Position numbers and translations under genes: made by a program. Positions 28,610 to 39,400 of a stretch of DNA of 64,000 nucleotides are shown here, piece by piece. The notes beneath the pieces were generated by a model, which was not told the DNA's origin, made no database searches, and worked only from the letters and a program-made list of their open reading frames with translations. The stretch is from an uncultured virus (IMG/VR IMGVR_UViG_3300020050_002145) (lineage: Duplodnaviria > Heunggongvirae > Uroviricota > Caudoviricetes). The DNA lies in the IMG/VR virus record IMGVR_UViG_3300020050_002145; one strand, given 5' to 3'. Each line of letters starts with the position of its first letter. Within the stretch, counting starts at the first letter, position 1.

Positions 28610-29035
28610 ATGGAAGAACAACGCAGCCCAGAAGATATACAAAAAATAGCTAAGATCGCTACTGACTTTGCTCGTTCTAGAACTCAAAGCGAAGAAGAAA
28701 TGCACCAGATGTTGGGTGGTCTTTTTGAAATGGTTAAGCAAGATAATATAAAACTAATCCACATTGAAGAAGTACTGTTCACGGTAATAGTAAGGGGTGC
28801 AGGAGTTATTGAGTTTCATAATGTAAGTGTGCCTGTGCCCGTAGAAGATATGGCGAAGTACATTAAAAAACTTATAGAAAAATTAAAAATGCTCGACGTT
28901 AAAGTGGCATTTACGTATTCGCCTGAAGAGTACTATATGAAAGCGATAGTAGCTACTAAATTGAAGTGGAAATCAAAAAAAATTCGTATTGAAGGAATTA
29001 ACAAACCTATTAAAGCCTACATACTAGAGCTATGA
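28610..29035 (+). CDS. hypothetical protein
   Basis: GAGG RBS; lies within the operon. Confidence 0.7.
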   Translation: MEEQRSPEDIQKIAKIATDFARSRTQSEEEMHQMLGGLFEMVKQDNIKLIHIEEVLFTVIVRGAGVIEFHNVSVPVPVEDMAKYIKKLIEKLKMLDVKVAFTYSPEEYYMKAIVATKLKWKSKKIRIEGINKPIKAYILEL

Positions 29036-29517
29036 ATATACTAGAAACTTTACCTGTGTTGTCTGCGCTTGCCGCACCTAGCGTTTCGGCTTTAGATATT
29101 TCTATGAAAGATAAGATTGTAAATCTTGAAAAAGAAATGATGAAGATGCCACAAGTATATGTTCCAGTTAAGCATCACTTTGCTAATGGGTTGTATGCAA
29201 GGCAGATAACTATACCGGCAGGTGCAGCGTTAACTAGCGCAGTCATGCTGGATTCGTATTTAGACATTTGCGTGTCCGGTACCATTTCTGTTATGGAGCC
29301 AACCGGAGAATATAAAGTAGTTACTGGACCGGCGATTGTAACTAGGCAGCCCGGCATGAAACGAGTAGGGTACGCTCACACAGAAACAACATGGATAACT
29401 TGCCACGCTACAAATGCAACTACAGTAGAAGAAGTTGAAGCAGCTATAGCGGTAGCAGATTATGAAGGTACTCCGTATGTGAGCCAAAAAACTAAATTGT
29501 TAGAAGGTCAGCTATGA
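29032..29517 (+). CDS. cupin-like protein
   Basis: HHFA.GLYARQITIPAG...PG.KRVGYAHTET.WITCHAT. Confidence 0.75.
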   Translation: MNILETLPVLSALAAPSVSALDISMKDKIVNLEKEMMKMPQVYVPVKHHFANGLYARQITIPAGAALTSAVMLDSYLDICVSGTISVMEPTGEYKVVTGPAIVTRQPGMKRVGYAHTETTWITCHATNATTVEEVEAAIAVADYEGTPYVSQKTKLLEGQL

Positions 29518-32500
29518 GTGTCATCGGGAGCATAATTGTTATTGGTAGTGGCGTTCTCGCTGCAGGTACGGCTGTTGTTACAGCTCTTGGTGCGGGCATT
29601 GCTGCTGTAGGTACGGCTGTTGCCGGTGCGGTTGGCCTAACTGGATTAAGTAGTCTTGCAGTTACAGCTATTGGTTCGGGCGTAATCAGCGGAGGTATAA
29701 CTGCAATACAGGGCGGTAGCCTTGAGGATGTACTTAAATCTGCAGTTATAGGCGGTGCTACAGCGTATGTTGGTGGGTCGGTAGGTAATTATGTAAGTAA
29801 GAGTGTTACTGCGGGTTTATCTGGTAGTGTATCTGCTACAACGGCTAAAGGACTAGGCATTACTGCAGGTAACGTAGCTGCCGGTGTTACTCGTTCCGCT
29901 ATTATGGGACAAGATTTACAGCGAGGTGCAATACTTGGTGTAGCTGCGTCTACTACTGCTTTATTAAATATGTCTTCTGATTTTAGAGCGTTACCGGACA
30001 CAGTAAAAAATGTGGTTTCAGCTAGTACGTCTACGTTAATACGAGGTGGTGATGTTAAGGAAGCCGCAGTTATGGCGGCAATTTCTTCCGGCAATATTGT
30101 ACAGAGAGCATTAAACCAATCTCCTGAACTTAAAGCATTTATGGAAGACCCTAAGAATAAGTACGCAACAGAAATAGTATTAACTACTATGAATACTGCT
30201 TTAGCTGCGTCTTTGATTGGTGGGGACGTATCTAAGTCTACAGAAGATGCGTTGGTAGTTGCTACTATTGATCAAATGGGACAAGCGTTTAATGAAGAAT
30301 TAACAGAAAAAGTAAATACAGCACAGAAAAAATACGCCACTGCAAACGAAACACAAAAGAAATTAGAACCAAATTACACCCAACAAAAACAAGTAGCAGC
30401 CCAGTACGAAAAAACATACGCCGAATTAGCCGCCGTAGAGAAATCTCAGAACGACGCTATTGCTAAATTTAATGAAAAGAAAGCCGAGTACGATAAGTTA
30501 AATAACGACGGGTATATTGAAAACAATCAATTTTATTCTGACAAGTTAGCGTTCGGCGATGATAAAGGCGGAACTGTATATACAGGCACCTTGAATACCG
30601 AGCTGTACAACCAGAAAGTAAACGAACTTAATGCGGCAGCAGATGAAGCTAATAAACAGATTGCAAATGCTAAAGTTGTGTTTGATGCAAAATTACCGCA
30701 GTTACAACAAGCAGAAGCAGAAATAAAAGCACTTCAAGATGCTGCGCTTCCGCTAGAACAAGTCTATGCCGCACAGGTAGAGGATGTTAATAAGTACGCA
30801 AACGAACTTGTAAATGAAGGGCAGAAATTTGTAAACAGTACAAATAAATCAATAATATCCACCATATACCCTGACTTCAATGCTAAAGAATATTCCAAAA
30901 TAAACGCTCTTGATAAAGATGTAGACCCGTATGAGCACTGGATTAGCTTTGGTAGAGAAGAAGGTGCGCCTATTAGTTATACAGATGCGGTGTCAAAAGA
31001 TTTTGCGGATTATGGATTAACTGTACCTCCAAGTATTGCTAAAGATATTGCTACTAAAATTGGTACGTCAGATACGCCTGTAGATGCGCTTGATCAGTAC
31101 TTTGCCGAGCGTACACTTACACCTGAAGAAGTTATGGCGCAAGCAACAAAAGCTGGGGTGTCGTTAACCGCAGAAGAAGCTACAGAACTAGCAGGTTTTG
31201 GCGACAAAGCTAAATTATCTAAGAACCTAGACAATTACTTAAATATAGTAACTAGAACCCCCGGCGAATATACGCAATATGGTGAACAATTAGCAGGACT
31301 AGCAGATACGATTATTGATGGTAAATACGTTGTTGATGTAGGGGCGGTAGAAGGAAAAGAAACTGATCCGTACTTGTTCCCTGACAGTGGTTCAATCTAT
31401 CGTGTTGGTTCTGGACAGAAAGCAAGTGCTCCGTACACATTTACCAATCAGCTTGGAGAATCGTTCCTTGCGGCTGACGTTACACATAGTGATGGGTCAG
31501 TGTACCGTGTTATGTATGACCCCGCTACCGACACGCACAAACAAATAGAATTATCTTCCGGTAATAAGGGAGTAGGTACGTTACCAGAAGTTGGGGTTAC
31601 TGCTGCACCTGAGACATTTGATGTTTCTAAGTTAACCGTTACCGAGCGTGATGAATTACTTAGAAGTAGCGTAATTTCTAAAGAAGAAAGAGCTGCGCTT
31701 ATTGCGGCACAGCAAAAAGAATTTAACAGTGACGTAGGAAAATTAACTACACAAGAGATTCTTGAGCTTGCAAAAGAAAAAGCAATAAAGAGAGCTAACG
31801 ATATAAAATTTGATGCAGTAAAAGAAGTTGATAAGACCGCTACGCCCCCAACGGATACAACTACACCAACGACAGGCGGTACAGGTACAGGTACAGGTAC
31901 AACTACACCCCCAACGGACACGGGTACAACTACACCAACAACAGGCGGTACAGGTACACCAACTACAGATACAACTACACCAACAACAGGCGGTACAGAT
32001 ACAACTACACCAACAACAGGCGGTACAGATACAACTACGACAACAGGTGGAACTACAACAGGCGGTACAGATACAACTACGCCACCCCCACCCCCACCCC
32101 CAACAGATACAACTACGACACCAAAAACTGATACCACAACACCGCCGGTAGATACAACTACGACACCAACAGATACAACTACGACACCAACAGATACAAC
32201 TACGACACCAACAGATACAACTAAACCGCCAACAGATACAACTACACCTCCGACAGATACAACTACACCTCCGACAAAACCGCCTACTGGTGGGGTTGGG
32301 GATATTGTTAAACCTACGGCAGATCAGTTGCGACAAAGGCAACAACGTACTAACCAACTATTGTCACTATTAGGTGCTGGGGGTGGCGGTCAACAACAGC
32401 AACAACAAATTAATGTAAAAGCCCCCGAACTGGCTAAAATCAATTATATTTATGATATTTCAGGGCCTAGTATATTTGCAGTCCCTTACAGTACTTCGTT

Positions 32501-32555
32501 GGATGGCACCGAGACAGGTACGGTTGACGATTTACGCAAAATTATGAAGAGGTAA
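29514..32555 (+). CDS. internal virion/ejection protein with hydrophobic N-terminus, coiled coil and Thr/Pro repeat tail
   Basis: Gly/Ala-rich hydrophobic N-terminus, coiled-coil middle, TDTTTP repeats. Confidence 0.7.
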   Translation: MSVIGSIIVIGSGVLAAGTAVVTALGAGIAAVGTAVAGAVGLTGLSSLAVTAIGSGVISGGITAIQGGSLEDVLKSAVIGGATAYVGGSVGNYVSKSVTAGLSGSVSATTAKGLGITAGNVAAGVTRSAIMGQDLQRGAILGVAASTTALLNMSSDFRALPDTVKNVVSASTSTLIRGGDVKEAAVMAAISSGNIVQRALNQSPELKAFMEDPKNKYATEIVLTTMNTALAASLIGGDVSKSTEDALVVATIDQMGQAFNEELTEKVNTAQKKYATANETQKKLEPNYTQQKQVAAQYEKTYAELAAVEKSQNDAIAKFNEKKAEYDKLNNDGYIENNQFYSDKLAFGDDKGGTVYTGTLNTELYNQKVNELNAAADEANKQIANAKVVFDAKLPQLQQAEAEIKALQDAALPLEQVYAAQVEDVNKYANELVNEGQKFVNSTNKSIISTIYPDFNAKEYSKINALDKDVDPYEHWISFGREEGAPISYTDAVSKDFADYGLTVPPSIAKDIATKIGTSDTPVDALDQYFAERTLTPEEVMAQATKAGVSLTAEEATELAGFGDKAKLSKNLDNYLNIVTRTPGEYTQYGEQLAGLADTIIDGKYVVDVGAVEGKETDPYLFPDSGSIYRVGSGQKASAPYTFTNQLGESFLAADVTHSDGSVYRVMYDPATDTHKQIELSSGNKGVGTLPEVGVTAAPETFDVSKLTVTERDELLRSSVISKEERAALIAAQQKEFNSDVGKLTTQEILELAKEKAIKRANDIKFDAVKEVDKTATPPTDTTTPTTGGTGTGTGTTTPPTDTGTTTPTTGGTGTPTTDTTTPTTGGTDTTTPTTGGTDTTTTTGGTTTGGTDTTTPPPPPPPTDTTTTPKTDTTTPPVDTTTTPTDTTTTPTDTTTTPTDTTKPPTDTTTPPTDTTTPPTKPPTGGVGDIVKPTADQLRQRQQRTNQLLSLLGAGGGGQQQQQQINVKAPELAKINYIYDISGPSIFAVPYSTSLDGTETGTVDDLRKIMKR
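31840..32290 (+). repeat. coding tandem repeats (PTDTTTP / TTGG units of 21-30 bp)
   Basis: Repeated ACAGATACAACTAC(G/A)(A/C)CACCA units. Confidence 0.9.
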
Positions 32556-32558
32556 ATT

Positions 32559-33689
32559 ATGGATGAAGATTCAAAATATAATATTTTTGGTAATTTTAAC
32601 TACGATGATTATGCTAACTATGGGTATGATCCAACTGCTGGCTCATACTACACTTCGAACTCAGTACCTAGAGACAGTGACAACTACTATACCCCTACTA
32701 CTATATATGACCCTGTAACTGACGATAGTTCTTACTACGGCAAGAACGTCAATACGTATTTAGATAACTTGCCTGAAACATATTTTGATGGTTTACAGTC
32801 TGCAAAAATAGAGAACACGGCTAAAGAAGGTCAGGTAGGGTATGGCTGGCAGTATTTCTCTGATGGTACGGCTATATCCCCAGACGGTAAGTATTATTAT
32901 AAAGGTAGCCTTGCGTACGACCCTTCAAAAAATACAGGCGCAAGTGTAGATACAAAGGCAGTACTTAGTAAACTTGGTGATGAGGCTTTAGCTAAGTTAA
33001 AGCAAATGTATACTAAGAAAAATGAGAAGGGCGAGGATGTTACAGATTGGCGTAAAATCGTAGGTGCGGGTGGTGCTGCATTGGCGGCAACTGGATTACT
33101 AGGTGGTAAAGGTGGTCTCGGCGGCGGTACAGGTTTTCAACCACCACAAGGTTATCAAGGTAAGATTCCAACGTATACTGCTGTGCGTAGTACCGTACCT
33201 ATCACAGGCGAACAACCTAAAGCAGGAGACCCCGGACGTCGTTATTTCTCTAACCAGATATACGCAACTGATGAAAATATAGCTAAAGCACAAGCCGATA
33301 CACTTAACCAAGCACAAGGTCTAGCTGCGTTACAACAGATAGAAAGAAAGCCGTTACCGTCTACTGCACCTGCGACTGCAACTACACCAACTACCGGCCT
33401 TGCAACAGGTGGTTTAGCAGGGTTAAATGCAAAAAATGGTATGTACTTAGGTGGACCTACTGATGGTATGGCAGACAAACTTCCTGCAACTATTGATGGT
33501 AACCAAGAAGCTGCATTAAGTCATGGTGAGTTTGTAATACCTGCTGATGTAGTTGGACACTTAGGTAATGGCAATTCCGAAGCCGGAGCAGAGCGTTTAT
33601 ACGCCATGATGGACAAGATTCGTATGGCTCGTACTGGCAATCCTAAACAGGGTAAACAAATAAACCCTAACAAATTCTTACCTGCGTGA
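32559..33689 (+). CDS. internal virion protein
   Basis: C-terminal LATGG...G.TDGMAD.LPA.IDG.Q.A.LS.GEFVIPADVV domain. Confidence 0.75.
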   Translation: MDEDSKYNIFGNFNYDDYANYGYDPTAGSYYTSNSVPRDSDNYYTPTTIYDPVTDDSSYYGKNVNTYLDNLPETYFDGLQSAKIENTAKEGQVGYGWQYFSDGTAISPDGKYYYKGSLAYDPSKNTGASVDTKAVLSKLGDEALAKLKQMYTKKNEKGEDVTDWRKIVGAGGAALAATGLLGGKGGLGGGTGFQPPQGYQGKIPTYTAVRSTVPITGEQPKAGDPGRRYFSNQIYATDENIAKAQADTLNQAQGLAALQQIERKPLPSTAPATATTPTTGLATGGLAGLNAKNGMYLGGPTDGMADKLPATIDGNQEAALSHGEFVIPADVVGHLGNGNSEAGAERLYAMMDKIRMARTGNPKQGKQINPNKFLPA

Positions 33690-33696
33690 GGCAATT

Positions 33697-34575
33697 ATGA
33701 CAACAGGCACAACCCAAACTACTACACCTGTAGCTGCAACGACTGTACCCCCAACTAGCGCAACTGTAGGGCAACAAACTGGTTCAGAATCTTCTCTATC
33801 TAACTGGGTAGGGCCTTATGTTACCGATATGTTAGGTAAAGGTCAGGCTTTATCTAATCAACCGTACGAAGCATACACAGGTCCTCTTACTGCGGGCGAA
33901 TCGAACCTACAAACTAAGGCGTTTACTGGTTTGGCAAATTTAACTCTACCTACTACTCAGATGGGTGCGTTTACTCCGGGTACGTTCAACACAGCCGCAG
34001 CTAATACGTACATGAACCCGTACCTACAAGGTGCACTTGATCCGCAGATAGCTGAAGCCCGTAGACAAGCTGAAATTACCAACATGCAGAACAAAGCTAA
34101 ACTTACTCAAGCGGGTGGGTATGGTGGTTCTCGTCAAGCTATTATGGAGTCAGAAGGTCAGCGTAATCTATTACAAAACTTGGCAGGTATTACTGGCGCA
34201 GGGTACAACAGAGCATACGATAATGCTCAAGCACAATTCAACGCCGAACAGAATCGTTTACAAACCGCACAAAATGCAGCTAATGAATACGGTCTTGCAG
34301 CGTTACAGAAGCAAGCTGATCTCGGCGCAGCAGAAAGAGAAATTGAATCTCAAGATATTGCAGCACGTATGAAACAGTTCCAAGAAGAGCGTGATGATCC
34401 GTACAAGAAAGTTACGTACCAATCATCGTTACTGCAAGGTTTACCAGTTGGCACAACTAGCTATTCGTACGCACAACCTAACCAACTGTCTGAGATATTA
34501 AATACCGCAGGTGGTGCACAAAAATTGTACGATTTGTTATTTAGTGATAGCAGTACTCCTGCACCTAAGCCATAA
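33697..34575 (+). CDS. DNA ejection/pilot-like internal virion protein
   Basis: YMNPY.Q, AGGYGGSRQAI..SE, Gln/Ala-rich helices. Confidence 0.75.
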   Translation: MTTGTTQTTTPVAATTVPPTSATVGQQTGSESSLSNWVGPYVTDMLGKGQALSNQPYEAYTGPLTAGESNLQTKAFTGLANLTLPTTQMGAFTPGTFNTAAANTYMNPYLQGALDPQIAEARRQAEITNMQNKAKLTQAGGYGGSRQAIMESEGQRNLLQNLAGITGAGYNRAYDNAQAQFNAEQNRLQTAQNAANEYGLAALQKQADLGAAEREIESQDIAARMKQFQEERDDPYKKVTYQSSLLQGLPVGTTSYSYAQPNQLSEILNTAGGAQKLYDLLFSDSSTPAPKP

Positions 34576-34593
34576 TTGTGATAAGGATTTAAT

Positions 34594-36390
34594 ATGATTG
34601 ATCCAAGTGTAAACGAACGTGTTGATGCGTACCGTGGTAACCCACAAGGCTTGATGCAGAAGTACAGCCAGAACGCAAACTTAATTGACTTGTTAGCGTT
34701 GCAGAAACTCAAAGATGAGAAGACTGCTGCTATCCGTGAGATGCAGTTAAAGATGGCGCAGAATGGTACGCCTCCTACTATTGGTCAGCAACGTGAGCAA
34801 GAAGTACTTGCATTAACTAAAGATGAGATTGTCAAACAACAAGCTGACCTAACTAGTCAGGGGCAACAACAGCAAGTGCAACAAATGCAGCAAGTTATAG
34901 GTCAGGGCATTGCTCAACAAGCTCCTGCTCAACAAGCTCGTCCACAAGGCGGATTACCTAGTATGCCCGCACCGAATGTTATGCCTCCTAAAGCTATGGC
35001 TGCGGGTGGTATTGTGCATTTTGATGGTCGTAGCGGCAGTATGGTTCCGGGTATGGATATGCCTCGTATCGACCCAAATGCACAAACACAACGTGATTTA
35101 GCGGACGTTAGAGAAAAAGCTAGAGGGCCAATACTAAAACTACGTATTGCTATTGGTAAAAAACTTGCCGCTGGTGAACCATTAACTTCGCAAGAACAAG
35201 CTATTGCAAACCGTTTAAATATTACTGCCCAAGATGCGGTTGGGGTTGCTGCTGATGCTGCTCCTGCAGGTATCCCTACTGCATTGCCGACAAAAACTTC
35301 TGATGCGGGTATGACAGGTATACCTGTACGTAAAGATATTGGCGAACCTCCTGCTGCGGCTGCTCCTGATGCTATACCGGCTAATGCTCCTGCGGCAGTA
35401 AAAGCTCCTCCTGCTCGTCCGGCTCCTCCTCCTCGTCAGGCTGTACCTCCTACAGGTATTGCTACTCCTGCTGCTGAACCTTCTTATATACCTGCTGAAG
35501 CTAAACCTTTGTTTGAAGCTGCACAAACTCAGATGCTTGGTGAATTAAGTCGTGACTCTGAAGCAGACCGTGCAAGGTACGTGGTAGAACGTGAAGCAGC
35601 TATTGGTAAGCCGACTATGGAATCAATTGCAGCAAAACAAGGCCGTGTTGACGCATTACGTGCACAAGATGAAGCTGCTAATAGGCGTGATAGAGATAAC
35701 CAACTTACTGAGTATTTATTAGGTGCTCGGGGTACTACTATCGGCGATACATTCCGTACTGCAGGTCTTGCCGGATTAAATGCTGAACGTGCCGCATTTG
35801 CTGCACAACGTGCTCGTGCATTAGAACACGACAAGATGTTGACTGAACTAGATGCAGCTAGGTTAGCAGAAAAAGAAGCTACGTTTACTGGTGGTCGTGC
35901 TGCTGCTGAAAAGACACGTGGTGATGTTAGCTTGGCTGTTAAAGAAGCCGGTCTTGCAACTAATAAGTTGTTGGAAGCAAACATCCACAAGTTAGACCGT
36001 GACTCACAAGAACGTGTTGCGGCTATGAACCGTGCTTCTAACGAGCGTATTGCGGCTATGCAAGTTGCAGCACAGAAATCAACTAACGATATTGCTAATG
36101 CACAACGCCGAGATTACCAACTTGAAACATTGCGTACTCGTACATTACAGATCGGATTGAAACCTTTGTACGATCAGTTAAGAGGAATTAAAGGTAGTAC
36201 GGTTGATTTAGGCATTAAACCAAACCCTGCCCAAGAAAAAGAATTAAAAGCTATACAAGATTTAATTACTTTAAAGGAACAAGAAGTCAATAGTTATTAC
36301 GACGACTTACTTACAAAAGATTATAGTGGGGGTAAGGCAAGTGTTAGCACTGATGGAAAATATACAGTTAAAAAAGTAACCCCTCCTTAA
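34594..36390 (+). CDS. internal virion protein
   Basis: Gln-rich N-terminus, MAAGGIV.F motif, Pro/Ala linker, helical C-terminus. Confidence 0.7.
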   Translation: MIDPSVNERVDAYRGNPQGLMQKYSQNANLIDLLALQKLKDEKTAAIREMQLKMAQNGTPPTIGQQREQEVLALTKDEIVKQQADLTSQGQQQQVQQMQQVIGQGIAQQAPAQQARPQGGLPSMPAPNVMPPKAMAAGGIVHFDGRSGSMVPGMDMPRIDPNAQTQRDLADVREKARGPILKLRIAIGKKLAAGEPLTSQEQAIANRLNITAQDAVGVAADAAPAGIPTALPTKTSDAGMTGIPVRKDIGEPPAAAAPDAIPANAPAAVKAPPARPAPPPRQAVPPTGIATPAAEPSYIPAEAKPLFEAAQTQMLGELSRDSEADRARYVVEREAAIGKPTMESIAAKQGRVDALRAQDEAANRRDRDNQLTEYLLGARGTTIGDTFRTAGLAGLNAERAAFAAQRARALEHDKMLTELDAARLAEKEATFTGGRAAAEKTRGDVSLAVKEAGLATNKLLEANIHKLDRDSQERVAAMNRASNERIAAMQVAAQKSTNDIANAQRRDYQLETLRTRTLQIGLKPLYDQLRGIKGSTVDLGIKPNPAQEKELKAIQDLITLKEQEVNSYYDDLLTKDYSGGKASVSTDGKYTVKKVTPP

Positions 36391-36402
36391 TAAGAGTAGT
36401 CT

Positions 36403-39400
36403 ATGGCACTTTACGAAATAACCGCACCTAACGGTTCTACGTACCAAATTGAAGGGCCTGATAATGCTCCTGAAGCGGAGTTGATTAGGGCTGCAAAAAA
36501 GTACGAACAAGAACAAAAACGAGATGAGTTTCGTAGACGTCGTGAGGCGATAGAGAGGGAACGGAATGCAGTACCTCCTACTCCTCCTGAAACTACTATT
36601 CTTGGTCAGATAGGTGAGATACCTAAGGCACTAGGTCGTGGGGCAGTTGGTCTCGGCGAAGCTGCGGGTGTTGGTATTGCAGCAGCACTTCCTGAAGATA
36701 TGGAGAAGTCTGCTCGTGAAAGCATTAAAGATATAGCTACAGGCGCACGGTCTTTCTTAAAGCCGAAAGAAGGGTACGAAGATACTGTTACAACACGTTT
36801 GTCAGAAGGTCTTGGTTCTGCACTTCCATTCTTTGCGCTTGGTCCTTTTGGTATGGCGGGTTTAGCAGCTAGTGGAGGTATTGGTATAGCCGCAGGTGCA
36901 GGTGAAGCTCGACAACTTGCTGAAGCTAAAGGTGCTACTGGGGATGAACGTGCATTAGCTACGGCTTTGGGTATCGGTCCCGGCTTACTAGACGTTGTTG
37001 CACCACAAATTAAATTTGCTAAGAATATAGTTTACACAGCGTTATTACGTGGTGGTGTAGAAGGTGCGACTGAAGCTGCACAAAAAGTATCGCAGAATCT
37101 TATTGCTAAAGGTGTGTACGATCCACAACAACCTATATTTGCAGGTTCGGGTGAAGAGGGTGCGTATGGTGCAGGTGTTGGTGCGTTAGCAAGTTTATTA
37201 GTAGACTCTGTAGTTAGACGTAAAGGTGGCGGCGCAGGTGGCGATACACAAACTGGTACTACAACTACGCCTCCAACAGCACCTATCCCAACGTCTAGGC
37301 AGCAAGAGTTATTCCCAAGTGACGTACTTCCACCAGAATCAGCAAGCAACATACCTACTGCAGGTACGCCAGAACGTCCTCAAGGTGAACTATTCCCTGC
37401 CGCTTTACGTGGACTAGAATCGGCTCAAGCAGAAGATGCACAACGCAGACAAGATGAAGAGCGTGATTTAGCTGACTTGGTTAGGTCTAAAGACGCACAG
37501 CTTGACATGTTTGCAGAACCTACTGCAACTAAAACAGAACCAGAATCCGTACAAGGTGACTTGTTATCTTTTGAAGAAAAAGATATTGCCGACATGTTGA
37601 AAGCCGAGGACATCGGCAAGAAGAACGAAGCAGAATTAAATCGTGTACAAGTAGCGGCATTAAACCGTGACGTACTGGAGTTAGATAAACTTAAATTAAA
37701 GTTTGAATCTGATCTATCTGAATTGGAGGGACGCCTTGAGGCTAAGGACATTAAGACGATACAAGATAAGCGGTTGGAGTTGCTGCTGCCTATCGTTGAA
37801 GATTCAGAAAATAAAAACATACCTAAAGAGTTTATTAAAACGCTAAAGGCAGAAGGTATTACCGACACCAAACTTACCGAACGTGAAAAGAACTTAATTA
37901 ATAGGGCTTATGACATCCGTAACATGGAGGCAGAGGTAGTCGCAGCCGAACCAGATACAACGTCAAAAGAAACTAAGACGATTGAAAATCTGATTCCTGA
38001 GAAGCAGCCTAAGGTACGTCAACCAGAGCAACTACAACTGCCCGGCGTCCCTAAACCTAAGGTTGGTAAAGAGGAAGAAGTTACTGAAACAGAAAAACCG
38101 GCGTTGATCACTCCACGTAGTTTAGATATTTTAGGCGTACTCAAAGCTGCCCCTATACGTCAACGTATCGTAGATAAAGATTTGTCCAATCCAGCGGACG
38201 CAGAGTTAGTGCGTAACGAGTTAATATCTTATGCAGAGAATCCAAACACAAATGCCCGAGCTGGGCAGAGAATATTATCATTTGTTAACTCACCAATATT
38301 TAAAACTCAGGCTGAGATGTTCGGCCCTAGAGGTGGTGTATTAGCACAACCAAAAATTAAGGAGGCAACAAATGTTACCCCTACCGAAACTGGAACTACA
38401 ACAACTGGAACTAGCGTTCCAAGTACTACACTCGGGGTCGGAACAAGTACCGCCGGAACTACAACACCTAAAGCTACTGGAGTGGGTAGCACTGGAAAAC
38501 CTGTTGGAAAACCTAAAGCTAGAAAAGCAGCAAAACCTACTACACTAAGTCAGGAGGAGCAAGATGCGCTTCAAGCTGAACTGGAAGAAGCGATGGGTAC
38601 TGTTCCTGAGAGAGTGGATGCCGTCGAAAAAGGAGCTACTGAAAGAGCTGATAAAGGAACTATTAAAGGAACTATTAAGAAGCCTGTTAAGCCTACTACT
38701 GAAGCTACCCCTGCCAAAAAGGTGGCACCTGCGGCTGTTCCTGCAACTGCTAAAACTGTAGCTAAAGAAGAAAAGCCGTCCAAACCTAAAGAAGAAAAGC
38801 CATCTAAACCTAAGGAAGAAAAGCCATCTAAACCTAAGGAAGAAAAGCCTACGGCTGAGAAAGAATCTAAAGAAGATCGTGGTAACGTGGTATGGCAAGC
38901 TGCAGGTATGTCTGAACCAGAAGTGGCTTTCCACGATGCTATATCTACCGAGTACAAATCTTTAGCGAAAGAAGATGTAGTAACGTCAGCCGATACTAAA
39001 GCGTTAGGTACGTTGTTGCGTACACAACCTAGTGGTCTGACACCAATAGCTAAAGCTGCCAAGATTTACTTTAGTAAGATGAAGCGTGGTGTTGACAACT
39101 TATTAAACATGGCGTTCGACTCCGTGTACAACACCGAGCAATTCCGTAGAGAAAACGAATCCGAAGCTGAAGCTAAGTTCTTTACTGGTATGAATGGTAA
39201 GAACGCTAACAAAGCTATTGAATGGGTACGTGGTAATTTAAGTCCAGAAGCTAACAAGGCTTTGGATAAGTTTATAGCCGGATACAAAACACAACGAGAT
39301 GTAGCTGATGATGACTACATGAAGGCGTTGTTTAGAGATGTATCTATTGACCATGACGAAACTATCCGCGAGTACACAGATGCCGAAGAATGGGAACGCT

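Noticed and set aside
31448..32357. Long Val-rich, Cys-rich and Gln-rich alternative-frame ORFs
   Set aside because: Shadows of the Thr/Pro tandem repeats in the 29514-32555 gene.
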